IMG/VR virus record: IMGVR_UViG_3300037141_000243
Coordinates: 1-64,000 of that record
Strand: one strand, 5' to 3'
DNA from: a virus
Length of the DNA: 64,000 nt
In this document: positions 45,192 to 55,439 of the stretch, piece by piece
How the letters are laid out: each line of letters begins with the position of its first letter
Position numbering within the stretch: the first letter of the stretch is position 1
The notes under the pieces: model-generated
The model's input: the letters and a program-made list of their open reading frames with translations, nothing else
What the model was told of the DNA's origin: nothing
Database searches by the model: none
Made by a program: the position numbers and the translations under genes

Positions 45192-45905
45192 TCAAGTGCT
45201 TACCATAGTGAAACGGAAAGCATAACGCTCGGTTTGGTAGACCTTGCGCTTACCGTACTTCTTAGGCTCGGGGGCGGCATAAACGCGGGGCGCGCGTTTG
45301 CACTCTTCAAGGTCACCCCCATAAGTAAACCCGGTTGTATATTTAGGCTGGCCCGGGTCAAGACCCAGCAAGCTGCGGAGCTGGCCTTCAAAGTCGTGGC
45401 CGCATGTACCCAAGAGGGCGTTCAGTTTCTCGTTCGTAGTAAGCCTTAGCCCGGCGGTGATCACCTTGGGGGCGGTCGGCTCTTCCGTGATGACCCGCAT
45501 CAAGGTCCGGATTTCCTCTGACGCTGATTTCAGAGTCGCGATCATTTCGGCGTCCCCACATTCAGACCCGCCGACCATTTCCAGCAAATCCGCATCTGAT
45601 GTAGCGGGGTTCTTGCGGGCAAATTGAGAGATGGGGGTTTCCTTGGGGGCTTTGGTTCGCGCGTTTGCAAGGTCAGTGATGTGGTTGCTGAACACTCGCT
45701 GGCAAAGGCTCATAAAATGTTTTTGATTCTCGACCTTGTAGCCGTAGCGTTCCCGACATATTGCATAGGCCAAAAATCCATCTTGAATGAGGTCGCTGAG
45801 TTCGTAGAAGGCGGCTACCCGCCACAGGTTCTTTCTGGCCTGTTTGTAAATGTATTGTTTGAGTCCGCGATCTAGATATTTCGGCGGCGGTCGTCTCTGT
45901 GCCAT
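45192..45905 (-). CDS. Sigma-factor-like protein (putative)
   Basis: Region-2-like ELSDLIQDGFLAY..C.ERY...F......F.NHI.DL. Confidence 0.5.
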   Translation of the reverse strand: MAQRRPPPKYLDRGLKQYIYKQARKNLWRVAAFYELSDLIQDGFLAYAICRERYGYKVENQKHFMSLCQRVFSNHITDLANARTKAPKETPISQFARKNPATSDADLLEMVGGSECGDAEMIATLKSASEEIRTLMRVITEEPTAPKVITAGLRLTTNEKLNALLGTCGHDFEGQLRSLLGLDPGQPKYTTGFTYGGDLEECKRAPRVYAAPEPKKYGKRKVYQTERYAFRFTMVST

Positions 45906-46040
45906 TGGTTCCCAGCCCTTTCGATTGCCCTGATAAAAGTCCGTGGTTGCAAACGGGACGCCACGGTCGCCCGGAAACGAAACACGAGTCTGCGAGGGTA
46001 CACAGAGCCGGTTTCCGTCGGTCTGCTCGACGATTAGACG

Positions 46041-46298
46041 CTAGGGGGCTTTCCCCTCTTTTGCAAGGCTCATGCTGCCCCAATCAAGAGCTAATTCAGG
46101 AAACTGATCACTTTTCTTTCCTGATATATAACCATTCGGTCGCCACTGACCCTCAGTCCGCGCGCCAGTACAATCTAAATAAAATCCGCAAATACGATAA
46201 TTATAAGTGTGGGCATACTCAAACTTTGCACCATTCCGTAAGCGTGTTACTTTACTAGGATCACGCCCCAGCGATTGCATAGTTTCCCACGCATTCAT
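46041..46298 (-). CDS. Hypothetical protein
   Basis: 85 aa, coupled to the primase. Confidence 0.45.
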   Translation of the reverse strand: MNAWETMQSLGRDPSKVTRLRNGAKFEYAHTYNYRICGFYLDCTGARTEGQWRPNGYISGKKSDQFPELALDWGSMSLAKEGKAP

Positions 46299-47296
46299 GA
46301 CGCCCTCATCTCCTTCAGCATTTGCTTAATTGCTGACCCCGACATTTCCCCAGGATCGCAATCGCCGTCCGTAGTCCAAGTTTTAATCCCCAAGGCGGTA
46401 AGCGATCTAGATACCGCCAGAGAGTCAATCGAGGCATCGGGGTCGAGCAGCAAGAATACCTTTTCGTAGCTGTGGCGAAGGTCAGCCAACAAATCAATCT
46501 GGGCCGCGCTCACCGCCTTGCCAAAAATACATGTGGCGCGCGACCCCGTTGCGCTGGCGTGCAGCGACAGGTTCATGGCATCGAGCGGACCTTCTGCGAT
46601 GACGAGTATTTCCCCACCCTCCGACAACGCGGGGTAGCCCAACAGCGTGTCGGTAATTGGACCCAGCGCCAAAGGGCCGTCGCCCGCTTTTTCAGAGTGG
46701 CGGGTCAGGGTTTTGTATTTCGGTTTGGCGTCGTCTGCGATTGACCGCGCGGTCCATGTAAACAACGCCCCAGCTTCGTCCCTTACCGGAATTACGATTC
46801 GATAGGTATAATCGCCCCTCATGGCAAAACGCAGATCGTAGTCCTCGATCAAGCGGTCGATCTGGCGCGCGGTAAAGCCCCGGCTAGCTAGGTAGATAAG
46901 GAAAAGGTGGGCACTCTTGCTTCCCCAAGCCCGACAGAATTCAGGGGGCATTTTCAGGGGGGCGCGGGCCTGGGCGCTATCTATCCCCTTCAGGGCCTCT
47001 AAAACCCCATCCAGGCCGCTTGTGGGGGCCGCTGACGGGCCTTTAGCCCCCTCGCCGCATAGGCGGGCGGCCTCGGCATAGGAACAGCCCACAAGGGCCT
47101 GAATCAAACGGATCGGAGACCGACCCCTATGATTACTCGACCGCCAACAACCCCAGCCTTTTCCACGCAGGGAAACGCCAAGATGCTTACCAGAATCGGA
47201 TGAACCGCATAGGGGGCAGTGAAGATACAAATCATAACCCTTACGGTCAAATTCAATTCCCCTTTGCACCAAAAACGATTCCCACGAAAAGCTCAT
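46295..47296 (-). CDS. DNA primase (zinc finger plus TOPRIM)
   Basis: CPLC...HL...GCWR, YL..RG, RIVIPV, TAR, IAEGPLDA, LDPDA, DPGE. Confidence 0.85.
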   Translation of the reverse strand: MSFSWESFLVQRGIEFDRKGYDLYLHCPLCGSSDSGKHLGVSLRGKGWGCWRSSNHRGRSPIRLIQALVGCSYAEAARLCGEGAKGPSAAPTSGLDGVLEALKGIDSAQARAPLKMPPEFCRAWGSKSAHLFLIYLASRGFTARQIDRLIEDYDLRFAMRGDYTYRIVIPVRDEAGALFTWTARSIADDAKPKYKTLTRHSEKAGDGPLALGPITDTLLGYPALSEGGEILVIAEGPLDAMNLSLHASATGSRATCIFGKAVSAAQIDLLADLRHSYEKVFLLLDPDASIDSLAVSRSLTALGIKTWTTDGDCDPGEMSGSAIKQMLKEMRAS

Positions 47297-48757
47297 TTCT
47301 TTTTCTGCACGCAAATTGGAACAGGGCCAAACCAATCGAATGCCCCGATAGGCGTCAGTCCTTTACCCATCTGCCGTTTAACTTGATGCGAACCTGTTAC
47401 CCAAACAGGGTGGATATTTGCCCACGGCGTATCTTTCCATTGAGCGTAATACCACCCGCTATCAATCGGCGGATTAGTCTGCAATCGACGAACTACATCA
47501 ACCATTATCCTTTACCACACACAGACCCATGTTCCTGCACAAATTGAAACAGGCTTTTCCTGACCACCGTGCATTTCTTCCGACCCAGCTTGGTTACCAT
47601 ACCCTTAACCGATTTGGCCTCTTCGCCAGCGTAATGCTCATGGCAACGCAAAGTATCATCGAGGCCGTGGGCGCTGACCTCAACCTCGTCCTGAGTCCGG
47701 TTCATTGCGACAAGTAATTCCTGCCATGACTCATCGCTGCATTTGATCAGTTTCAGGCGCGGGCTCATTTTACAATTTCATCCTCTCGTAAATTGAGGAT
47801 GTCTTTCCGGGGGGCAAACCGATGCCATTTCCCCACAGCGAAAAGCACTATAAACAAAATCACCAACCCAATATTATTCATGATCCAGGCCAAAGCCGCC
47901 ACAATCCCCAGGCCGGCAAACAGTATGCCTAACCAACCGAACATCATGAATAGTAGGATCAGGGCAAGTAGCGTTCTCATGGCAAAACGAGCGCGACGAA
48001 CGCCCCCAACACCGCACCCACGAAACAAGCGGCAATTAAAATATGCCAGAACGGGGCCGGGCGTTTGCGATGGCCAAAAAGCACATCATGCGGATCAATG
48101 TAATTTTTCATCTACACCACCATCAACAAAAGTTCTTCGGCCCCGTATACGCACCTGCGTCCACAACATTCGCATTCGTAGCCGCGTGCATCGGGCTCGC
48201 AGCCGTCAGCGTCTTCCCCGCAAGCAATACAAAATCCCGGATTGTCCATGACTGTATCGCGGCGCTCGCACGCTTCCATGATCCGATCAGCGGTAATTGA
48301 TGGGTGAATCTTCATGGCGTTTCTCCTCTAGCGATTAACAGGCGCTCGTAATCCTTGGGGCTGATCATGACGCTTCTTCCCGCTTTGTGTACAGCATACA
48401 CCAGCGGCTTGGCTTTGCCCTTGGCCGCGTCAATCGCTTGGCGCAGGGAAGGGTATTCCTCACGGATGCTTTTGCCCCGCGTGCGGTAGTCAATCACGGA
48501 AAAGTAATCAGCGGCGAGGACAATTTCATCTTCCCACTGTTCGCGGGTTATGGGGGCGCTGGGCAGGCCGCAGGGGCCGAGGGTGGGGGTCATTGCTTTG
48601 CCTGCCTTTCCCGCAAACGGCGAATAAATTCAGGATAAGGGATCATTTCCTTTGGCGGATTTGCTTTCGCGCGCCTTTCTAATTCGTCGGCGCGATCCAA
48701 AATCTTGCCAATATCGGCTAAGATTCCATCGTCATTGTTTTGGGGGGCGCAGGTCAT
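47293..48757 (-). other. Run of seven small coupled ORFs (47293-47505, 47505-47768, 47765-47980 TM, 47977-48111 TM, 48112-48315 Cys-rich, 48312-48593, 48590-48757)
   Basis: ORFs abut or overlap by 1-4 nt; two were translated by hand. Confidence 0.55.
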
Positions 48758-49002
48758 ATATTGCGTCCGTGATAATCGCCCATCAAATCGGCTTTATTGT
48801 AACCATCATTCCAAGCCGCCCGCCGAATTTTAGCGTGCTCGGGATATGGATTGGTATAAAGGCGCTTCGGAAGGGCTGATTTAGCACAAGCGTATTGCGC
48901 GGCGGTCTGCCCAAGCTCGTAGGCTTCATAAGTCGCATAATTCATCGGGCCATGACGCCACATCTGGTCAAAGCCCCTCTTTTCCCGGCGATAATTGGTC
49001 AT
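48754..49002 (-). CDS. Small protein with Rmf/CrpP-like motif
   Basis: AYELG..A...NPY.......AAWNDGY. Confidence 0.5.
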   Translation of the reverse strand: MTNYRREKRGFDQMWRHGPMNYATYEAYELGQTAAQYACAKSALPKRLYTNPYPEHAKIRRAAWNDGYNKADLMGDYHGRNI

Positions 49003-49061
49003 CTGATTTCCCTTTCTATTGCAGCGCCCGAGCCGTTTCCGGCGGCCTGGGTCGCAGGGGA

Positions 49062-49090
49062 ATAATGGGCTTTTCCGGGGGCCTTTGCAA
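49062..49090 (-). promoter_or_regulatory. Possible sigma70-type promoter
   Basis: TTGCAA-N17-CATTAT in the intergenic gap before the small-gene run. Confidence 0.4.
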
Positions 49091-49131
49091 GCCCCCAAAG
49101 GGCAAGTTGTAAGCCCTTGTACATATTAGTA

Positions 49132-49995
49132 CTATTTGGGCTTAGGGGGTTTACCATGCTTTTCCCGCCATTTGACCCAGCCAGCACTCATGGCAGCACA
49201 AGTCTTTTTACGAAAATCTAAGTCATTCTCCCAGCGGGCAGAATACCTAATACCGGCGGCTTTTAATTTTGCCACTACATCTGACCGCCCCATAGCCTGT
49301 TTAACAGCGACCTTTCTCCGTTCCTTCACACCAGGTTTTGCATTAGCCGCTTTAAGAATTTTACCTAAATTAGCACGCCACTTTGGATCGGCCCTTGTCG
49401 CTTTGTGTTTAGCTTTCACTTCCGGACGACTATACGCTTCCTTTGCTTTGGTGCTTTGTCCTTTACGCCAAACTACATCCGCGTGGGCTACCCTACATCT
49501 TTCCTTCACATCAGGCCGAAGATGAGCCGCTTTAAGAATTTTATTTCTTCTCTCTAAGAAACCCGGTTTCCGTAAAGTTGCCAAAGCAGCTTCTCTTTTC
49601 TTTGCTTTTACCTCCGGTTTTGCCAACGTCTCTTTAAGTACCATCGCCCTTCTCTTTCTGGCATCATCAGAAAGGGCTACTAAACCATCACCCCCGCACG
49701 TCATATTTGCTAAAGTACCAGTACCAAGATCAAGTCTACCATATCTAGTAATTAATCTTATTTCTAAAGCAACCGCCTCTGATTTAGTCAGACCCCCGGC
49801 AAAAACTTCATACAAAAGATTTTCAGCACCGTATTTACGAATGATGTTTCTAAAAATATTCTTTCGCTTTGCGGGTCGCTTTGCTGCTCTCAAATGTTCT
49901 TCTTTACGCTGTTTTCTTTTGCTTACCCCAATATAACACAGCACGCCATTAGGACGGCGGAATTGGTAAACGTAATATATGCCTAAACGTTTCAT
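49132..49995 (-). CDS. GIY-YIG-like endonuclease with basic helical repeats
   Basis: YYVYQF..CYIG, E..LI..YGR.DLGTGTLANMTCGGDG; PEVKAK/PDVKER/PGVKER repeats. Confidence 0.8.
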   Translation of the reverse strand: MKRLGIYYVYQFRRPNGVLCYIGVSKRKQRKEEHLRAAKRPAKRKNIFRNIIRKYGAENLLYEVFAGGLTKSEAVALEIRLITRYGRLDLGTGTLANMTCGGDGLVALSDDARKRRAMVLKETLAKPEVKAKKREAALATLRKPGFLERRNKILKAAHLRPDVKERCRVAHADVVWRKGQSTKAKEAYSRPEVKAKHKATRADPKWRANLGKILKAANAKPGVKERRKVAVKQAMGRSDVVAKLKAAGIRYSARWENDLDFRKKTCAAMSAGWVKWREKHGKPPKPK

Positions 49996-49997
49996 CA

Positions 49998-50078
49998 AAA
50001 CCTCCCGGTTCGATCTATCCTGGGAAAAAGCGCGGCAGCCAGTTGGATGGACTGGTTTTCGGGGATCAACCTAGCCGC
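49998..50078 (-). ncRNA. Candidate cis-regulatory RNA, copy B
   Basis: Matches 7912..7988 with a covarying stem. Confidence 0.6.
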
Positions 50079-50087
50079 AAACAGACC

Positions 50088-51644
50088 TTATATTACTTTG
50101 CCGGGATCACGCAAGAGCGCCCTGAAAACATCCTCACCCTGCTTGTGGAAATCGAGAATGCGTTGGTCAACAGTACCCTTACATACCAAATCTATCAGAA
50201 AACCAGGAAGCGTTTGTCCTTCCCTAAACGTCCTACGCTCAGATTGTTCTCTATCAACCACACCCACGGGACTCTCGTAATATATACAATAGTTAGCGAC
50301 CTGAAGGTTAAGGGCCATGCCGCCAACCCGCCAGTTAGTCACCAGAACCGTCATTCGCGGATCATCATCAAATTGCTTTTGCAGGGCGCGACTATCTTTG
50401 GTCCCGCCATATAACCACCCAGCTTTAATCTTGGCCTTTTCCAGCGCCTTGCAAATTTCCCTACCGCTGTGAACAAATTCGTGAAATACAACAGCCTTCC
50501 GGTTAACGGGCAATTCCATCAGTAATTCAACCAAGCGGTCCAATTTTGGATTTGAAGGAAATACCAACTCAGCCTTTTCCCCCGTCTCATCGTTTTTCCA
50601 TCCTAAGAAACCCCCACTAATTTGTCTCATGCGAAGAAACATATTTCGTATTTGTATACTGTCGCCTCTTGCAACGCGGAGAGCAAACAGGGCCTTGTCA
50701 TAATAAGCCCGCGCGTCTTCTGGCAACGATACCTTTTCTATAATACGGGTAACTGATGGGAGATTTTGACATTCGGCAGAGGAATAGGTAATTGATCTAT
50801 TCTCTAAAATTTCCCTCAACACATTCTCTTTATCTTTACAAAAAACATATTCATAACCGCCCCAGTAATTCTTCTTCTCTGTAAAGAACGCGGCGCGGAA
50901 GAGCCCTAGCGTGTCCCCGAGGGTTTCACCCCGGTCAACTAAATACATTTGCGACCACAACATCGTTGGGTCACGCCCAAACGGTCTGCCGGCCAGGGCG
51001 TAGCGATACTTAGCCTTCTTGGATATGGCGCGGCAAATGCGAAAAGTCAGCGACCCCATATTCCCAAGTTTTGTCGATTCATCGTAAACCACAGCCGTTA
51101 TATTGGCAGCAAAGCGATCAACCGCTTTCTGATTCAGGGCCAGCTTGATCTTGCCCTTTTTGTTGACGGTCTTCTTGGACAGCAACGAGGCAATCCCTGG
51201 GTATGTCAGAACGAGGAATCCGAAATCTAATTCAGCAAAGGTAAGCCATTTTTGGTCGCTGGAGGAATTGCCAATCACATCGTAAGGAAGAGTCATCTTC
51301 CATTTCTTGATCTGATCTTCCCAATTGTAGACAGCAGATTCAGACGGCACCAGAATCAGGATCGTGGGGTTGGCTTTGGTCTTGCTGAAAAGGTGGTGCA
51401 TCACCTCCAGCATAATCCGCGTCTTGCCTAATCCCATATCAAGCCACAGGGCGAGCTGAGGGTAGGCCAGGCACAACAGGATGCAGGCTTTTTGATGTTT
51501 GCGTAAAGGCTTGGATCGATCCGCCGGCCTGAACCCAATTGCCTTTAATTCATCGTCAAGGGTCTGTTCGGATAATTGCTTTACCCAGGCCAACGATGTA
51601 CGGGGTTGGCGGAAAAATTCCTTGACGGCATCAGGGTGGAGCAT
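50088..51644 (-). CDS. SNF2-family helicase
   Basis: HQ, DMGLGKT, VYDES, LAGRP, NPKL, G..LNLQ.A, QSERR..R.GQ. Confidence 0.88.
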   Translation of the reverse strand: MLHPDAVKEFFRQPRTSLAWVKQLSEQTLDDELKAIGFRPADRSKPLRKHQKACILLCLAYPQLALWLDMGLGKTRIMLEVMHHLFSKTKANPTILILVPSESAVYNWEDQIKKWKMTLPYDVIGNSSSDQKWLTFAELDFGFLVLTYPGIASLLSKKTVNKKGKIKLALNQKAVDRFAANITAVVYDESTKLGNMGSLTFRICRAISKKAKYRYALAGRPFGRDPTMLWSQMYLVDRGETLGDTLGLFRAAFFTEKKNYWGGYEYVFCKDKENVLREILENRSITYSSAECQNLPSVTRIIEKVSLPEDARAYYDKALFALRVARGDSIQIRNMFLRMRQISGGFLGWKNDETGEKAELVFPSNPKLDRLVELLMELPVNRKAVVFHEFVHSGREICKALEKAKIKAGWLYGGTKDSRALQKQFDDDPRMTVLVTNWRVGGMALNLQVANYCIYYESPVGVVDREQSERRTFREGQTLPGFLIDLVCKGTVDQRILDFHKQGEDVFRALLRDPGKVI

Positions 51645-51682
51645 GATTTAAGACATACCCCGACCACACCCCTTACTTTGCG

Positions 51683-54288
51683 TTAGATAATCATCAGGAC
51701 TAAAAACATCGCAGCGCCGGATACGCATACGACAACCCATGCCAGCAAAAGCCAGAGTGCCCATTTAGGAAGTTGGGACAACCCACGCAATCGCTTTCCG
51801 GTGATCGGGATAATCATGCCGTGTCTCCCTTAATTATGTGTAGCGCTGTGCGCCAAAGCTTCGTATCGATTTTGCGCTGCCCGACTTTGGTTGTGTTCTC
51901 TTCGAGAAGAAAGATTAGGCCGGACGGCAACAACCTCAACCCCCATTGCTACCGAGCGAAGCGAGGACGCGAGAGCCATTTGGAGCATCATAACGCTGGA
52001 GAATATCAACCTCGTTGAGCATATAGGCATCAACAGGGTATTTCTCAGCGCGAAGTTGACCGAGCGCAGTGCGCAGAGCTTCTGCCAATTCATCTGCTGT
52101 CGGCTTTTCTGCCATATCTCGACTCATTATTTGTTGCCGATCGCCAACCGCCCGGCGTCAGTGATCTTGGCAAAATACTGTTTTCCGGTAGATCGCGTTA
52201 TCACAAATCCGCGCCTGCAAAGTGCAAGGGCAGATTGCCAGTAATGGGAACTAATCTGGCGTTCTTTCCCATCGCGCAAGCGTTCCAGAACATTGAACAT
52301 CATTGGCGTCAAAAGAAACTCCTCTATTTCTTCTCTAGTGCTGGCGTAATATTTTCCCAGACTTGGAGCGCAGCCTTCACACCGCGCGGAAAGCCCTTGC
52401 AGTTGCATGTTGGGTAGGAACATACCAAGTGAATTTCGGCAGCATCGCATCCAGCACGGACCGCAACGGCGACACGATTAGGATATTCTGTAATGTCCAT
52501 CCCTGCTCCTATTGTGGGGTGAGAAGTTCTGGAATCTTGGAGATGCGCGCGCCAATCTCCATCAGCTCCTGATAATCTTTTGCGCGTTCAAGTTGACGAA
52601 GCAACGTCACCGCAGCATCGAACACCACGGCCTCGAACCCATCACGGCGCTGTTCGTAGGTTATATTGTCAGACATTCCGGCTCTTATGTTTCACGGCGC
52701 GAAAACGCGCCCATTAAGTTAAGCCCGGCAAGAATAAAAAGAATGCCGAGGAAAATTAGAACCACGTCTGTTTCCCAGTCCATCAATCCGATGCTCCTAT
52801 CTTTCAATCTTCACGAATAGACTTTTGCCGCCCGGCGCGATTTTCACATCTACAATTCGGTAGTCTGTACGATAGCCACGGTACAACTCCCATAATTTGC
52901 CGCCACCTTCACCGACTTCTTCCCAGCCTTTTCCAAGAAGATCGCGCGCCATCTTGCGATAGGCATGTGCGCGGCGGGTTAGGTCAGTGACAAGCATCTC
53001 GGCGTCTCCTTAATTGTTGGTTCTGTAGAATGGACAGGCCGCCCCACCAGTCGGTTCAACGCGCGTCCGCGATGGCGGCCATGAAAATCCATAAGCCTTT
53101 GTAATGCAGTCAGGGAGCAAAACACTCGGCACCTCGACATTGCAGCAATACGTATTTCCCTTGCGAGGAACGCGCTTGCCAGCGGCGTTCGGCATCACCG
53201 CTAAAAATCTGCATGTCCGGCACGAACGCATCTTCGCTCCTATGTTTCAGCGCCAGCGCGCGGAAGGTTTCCATAAAATTCCTGTCGGCCTTTGTCGGTC
53301 AAGCCGTAGATCACAAGCGATGAACCATCACGGGCGATAAATGGCTGCTTCCCAATCGCAGAAACAAAACCATCAATCTCAGCTTCGTGCAGCGCATCCA
53401 TTGAACAAAGCCATACTGGAATGTTGGTGGCTTTACCGGGGTGCTCGCGCTCGCAATGCTCGATCCATCCCAGAAGCTGTTGGCGCGTCGTGGTCACAGA
53501 TGCTCCTTCGTTAGAATAGTGTTTCGCCGGAAGGCATCGCATTCTTGTCCGATACCTTCCGCAGCTCGTAAGTGCCGGGGTTGAACCGAACACCGTCAAA
53601 GAAAAACTCTGTGCCCCGAAAGAAGCGAACAACATGGCCCGCATCGGCTCCACTGGCGAAGCCAAGCTGATCGCTGATGCTATCAAAGTCTTTCGGCACG
53701 GATCGCTCCTAAAATGTTGATGACAATTCTGGATTGATTGCGAACAGCCTGTCAATTTGTTCCCATATTTGAACTGAGGTTCGGCGAGACCCAATCCACT
53801 TTTTACCAACGTACCCGTCCCACAAAACAACATCGCCGTCTTTATCTAGCACGGGGATAATTTTAACCAACATAGCCGCGCGCCCTTTCTATAGGTGGTG
53901 AAGTTTGCCAGCGCGGCCATCACGGAAGACGCGTTGGGCGAATTTATATTGAAGATATTCTTGCTTCTGCTGCTTTGTCATTTTGGTAGTGGGGTCGGCG
54001 TCGGCGTGACATGGGGTACACCACAAATTCCAGTTATTGTATTTGCTGCCCGGCTCGATCCGGTTGTGGCAACCTGTGGTGTAGCATTTGACCGTCGCCA
54101 TTGTCCCGGCTTCTATTCTTTAGGTTCAATTTTCTGGATGATTCCAGACTGTAGCTGTGAGACGTATGGATTGTGGCTCGACACCACGAACGGACATTGC
54201 GGGTGCATGTGGTCCCACCTTTCGGTAATCAGGTAGTTTCCATCGTTCATATCAACAACCGTGCGAGAGATCAGTGCTGGATTACCCA
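51683..54288 (-). other. Array of about 12 very small hypothetical genes (e.g. 51683-51817 TM, 51936-52127, 52127-52312, 52324-52500, 52509-52676, 52797-52997, 53010-53231, 53240-53497, 53511-53699, 53709-53873, 53889-54101, 54113-54288)
   Basis: Head-to-tail ORFs of about 45-85 aa, many preceded by AGGAG; several translated by hand. Confidence 0.55.
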
Positions 54289-54299
54289 TGCCAAGCCCC

Positions 54300-54611
54300 C
54301 TAATCCACGCCGCTGCCGCAGAACATTGTTGCCGGGGGCACCGCAAAGAAGTGTGGCCCATGCGTTAGATCGACAGATTCACTGTCCCCGAAATAGACCT
54401 GCTTGCCATCGCGCTCTTCAAACATCTGGTAAAGCGGAGTGGCGTCCGCTAGCCTCTTTACTTCCATAGCCCGCATTGACGGTTCCATCGTGATGTATTT
54501 CCGCATGTCGAACCAGAAGGTATGCGGTCCAAGATGGTTTACCCGCAAATGATCCTGCTCGTAACCCTGCGGCACTTCCCGCTTACAGACGATGCACATT
54601 CTCATTCCCAT
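54300..54611 (-). CDS. Zinc finger plus ubiquitin-like (multi-ubiquitin-type beta-grasp) protein
   Basis: CxxC...HxxxxH, then F.FD..KY.T..PSM...EVK.LA.....YQ.F.E......D.ESVDL....HFFAVPPAT. Confidence 0.55.
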   Translation of the reverse strand: MGMRMCIVCKREVPQGYEQDHLRVNHLGPHTFWFDMRKYITMEPSMRAMEVKRLADATPLYQMFEERDGKQVYFGDSESVDLTHGPHFFAVPPATMFCGSGVD

Positions 54612-54621
54612 GACCGGCTCC

Positions 54622-54823
54622 TCAGTTTGCCCGAAGGCGTTTGAACAGATTGCGGAAAAATCTTATCGGGCTGTAAGTGGACCAGACCATATCTGCGCCA
54701 AGAAGGTTTCCGTCAGCGTCACGATATTCTTTGACCACGGCGAGCAGCGGCAGTTGGTGCTTACCCTTGAAGCCGATGATGAGGCTTTCGGTGAAGTCGT
54801 CGTTGTTGAAAACAATCTGCATG
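54622..54823 (-). CDS. Hypothetical protein
   Basis: About 66 aa in the small-gene array; start position approximate. Confidence 0.45.
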
Positions 54824-54835
54824 GCTTCGCTCCCC

Positions 54836-55195
54836 TTATAGTGAACGGTTGAATAGAACATTCTCGTAGCCGATCTTGGCAGAAGTGATATTGAACTTCT
54901 CGATCACGGCGTCTTCCAAGCTGAACCCCGCGCGCTGCGCCAACAGGTCGAGATAGACAAACGTATCCGCGACCTCACGCCGAAGGGCGGTCTGCAATTC
55001 TTCCGGTGTCTCTTTGTTGCCGGGAATGCCGTCGCGCACGCGGTTCAACTTCTTGGCGATGTTCGCCGCTTCGCCAAGCTCGCCCAGCGTAGCCGTGAAC
55101 CAGTCGGACAGCGACCAGCTTTCCAACTTGTGATTGAACCCGTTGACCGCTTCGCAGCGGCGGCGGTTGAAAACACTGAAATCTTGAAACTGCAT
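54836..55195 (-). CDS. MazG-like NTP pyrophosphohydrolase
   Basis: GELGEAANIAKKL.R, EVAD...YL.LLA, AV.EKFN. Confidence 0.8.
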   Translation of the reverse strand: MQFQDFSVFNRRRCEAVNGFNHKLESWSLSDWFTATLGELGEAANIAKKLNRVRDGIPGNKETPEELQTALRREVADTFVYLDLLAQRAGFSLEDAVIEKFNITSAKIGYENVLFNRSL

Positions 55196-55199
55196 TGGG

Positions 55200-55430
55200 C
55201 TATTCCTCGTCAGCGTAAAGGTTGGAAAGCGTCTTCTCGAACACATGGGCGGCGGCATAGCGCCGGGCTTCACCCAAGGTTGTGGCCTCGATGCCAACCC
55301 AACGCTTGCCCCAGTCATCTTTCAATCCGCCCTGATCGCGGAAGAAATTGCCCTCTTTGACAAATACGGTGGCAGCATTGTCCACGCAGTAGAATGGCGC
55401 GGCGTCTCTGTTCTTTGCTATGGCGGGCAT
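55200..55430 (-). CDS. Hypothetical protein
   Basis: 76 aa with GGGAG SD. Confidence 0.55.
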   Translation of the reverse strand: MPAIAKNRDAAPFYCVDNAATVFVKEGNFFRDQGGLKDDWGKRWVGIEATTLGEARRYAAAHVFEKTLSNLYADEE

Positions 55431-55439
55431 GGTCGCTCC

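Noticed and set aside
49060-49125. GLAKAPGKA downstream of the GIY-YIG gene resembles the helicase end ALLRDPGKV
   Set aside because: Weak match, better explained as a promoter region
50005-50016. GGTTCGATC as a tRNA T-arm
   Set aside because: No cloverleaf; it is the reverse complement of the SD hairpin. I recognised no tRNA gene in the window
53240-53833. 197-aa ORF from the track
   Set aside because: Better explained as three small genes (53240-53497, 53511-53699, 53709-53873), the first two with clear AGGAG SDs
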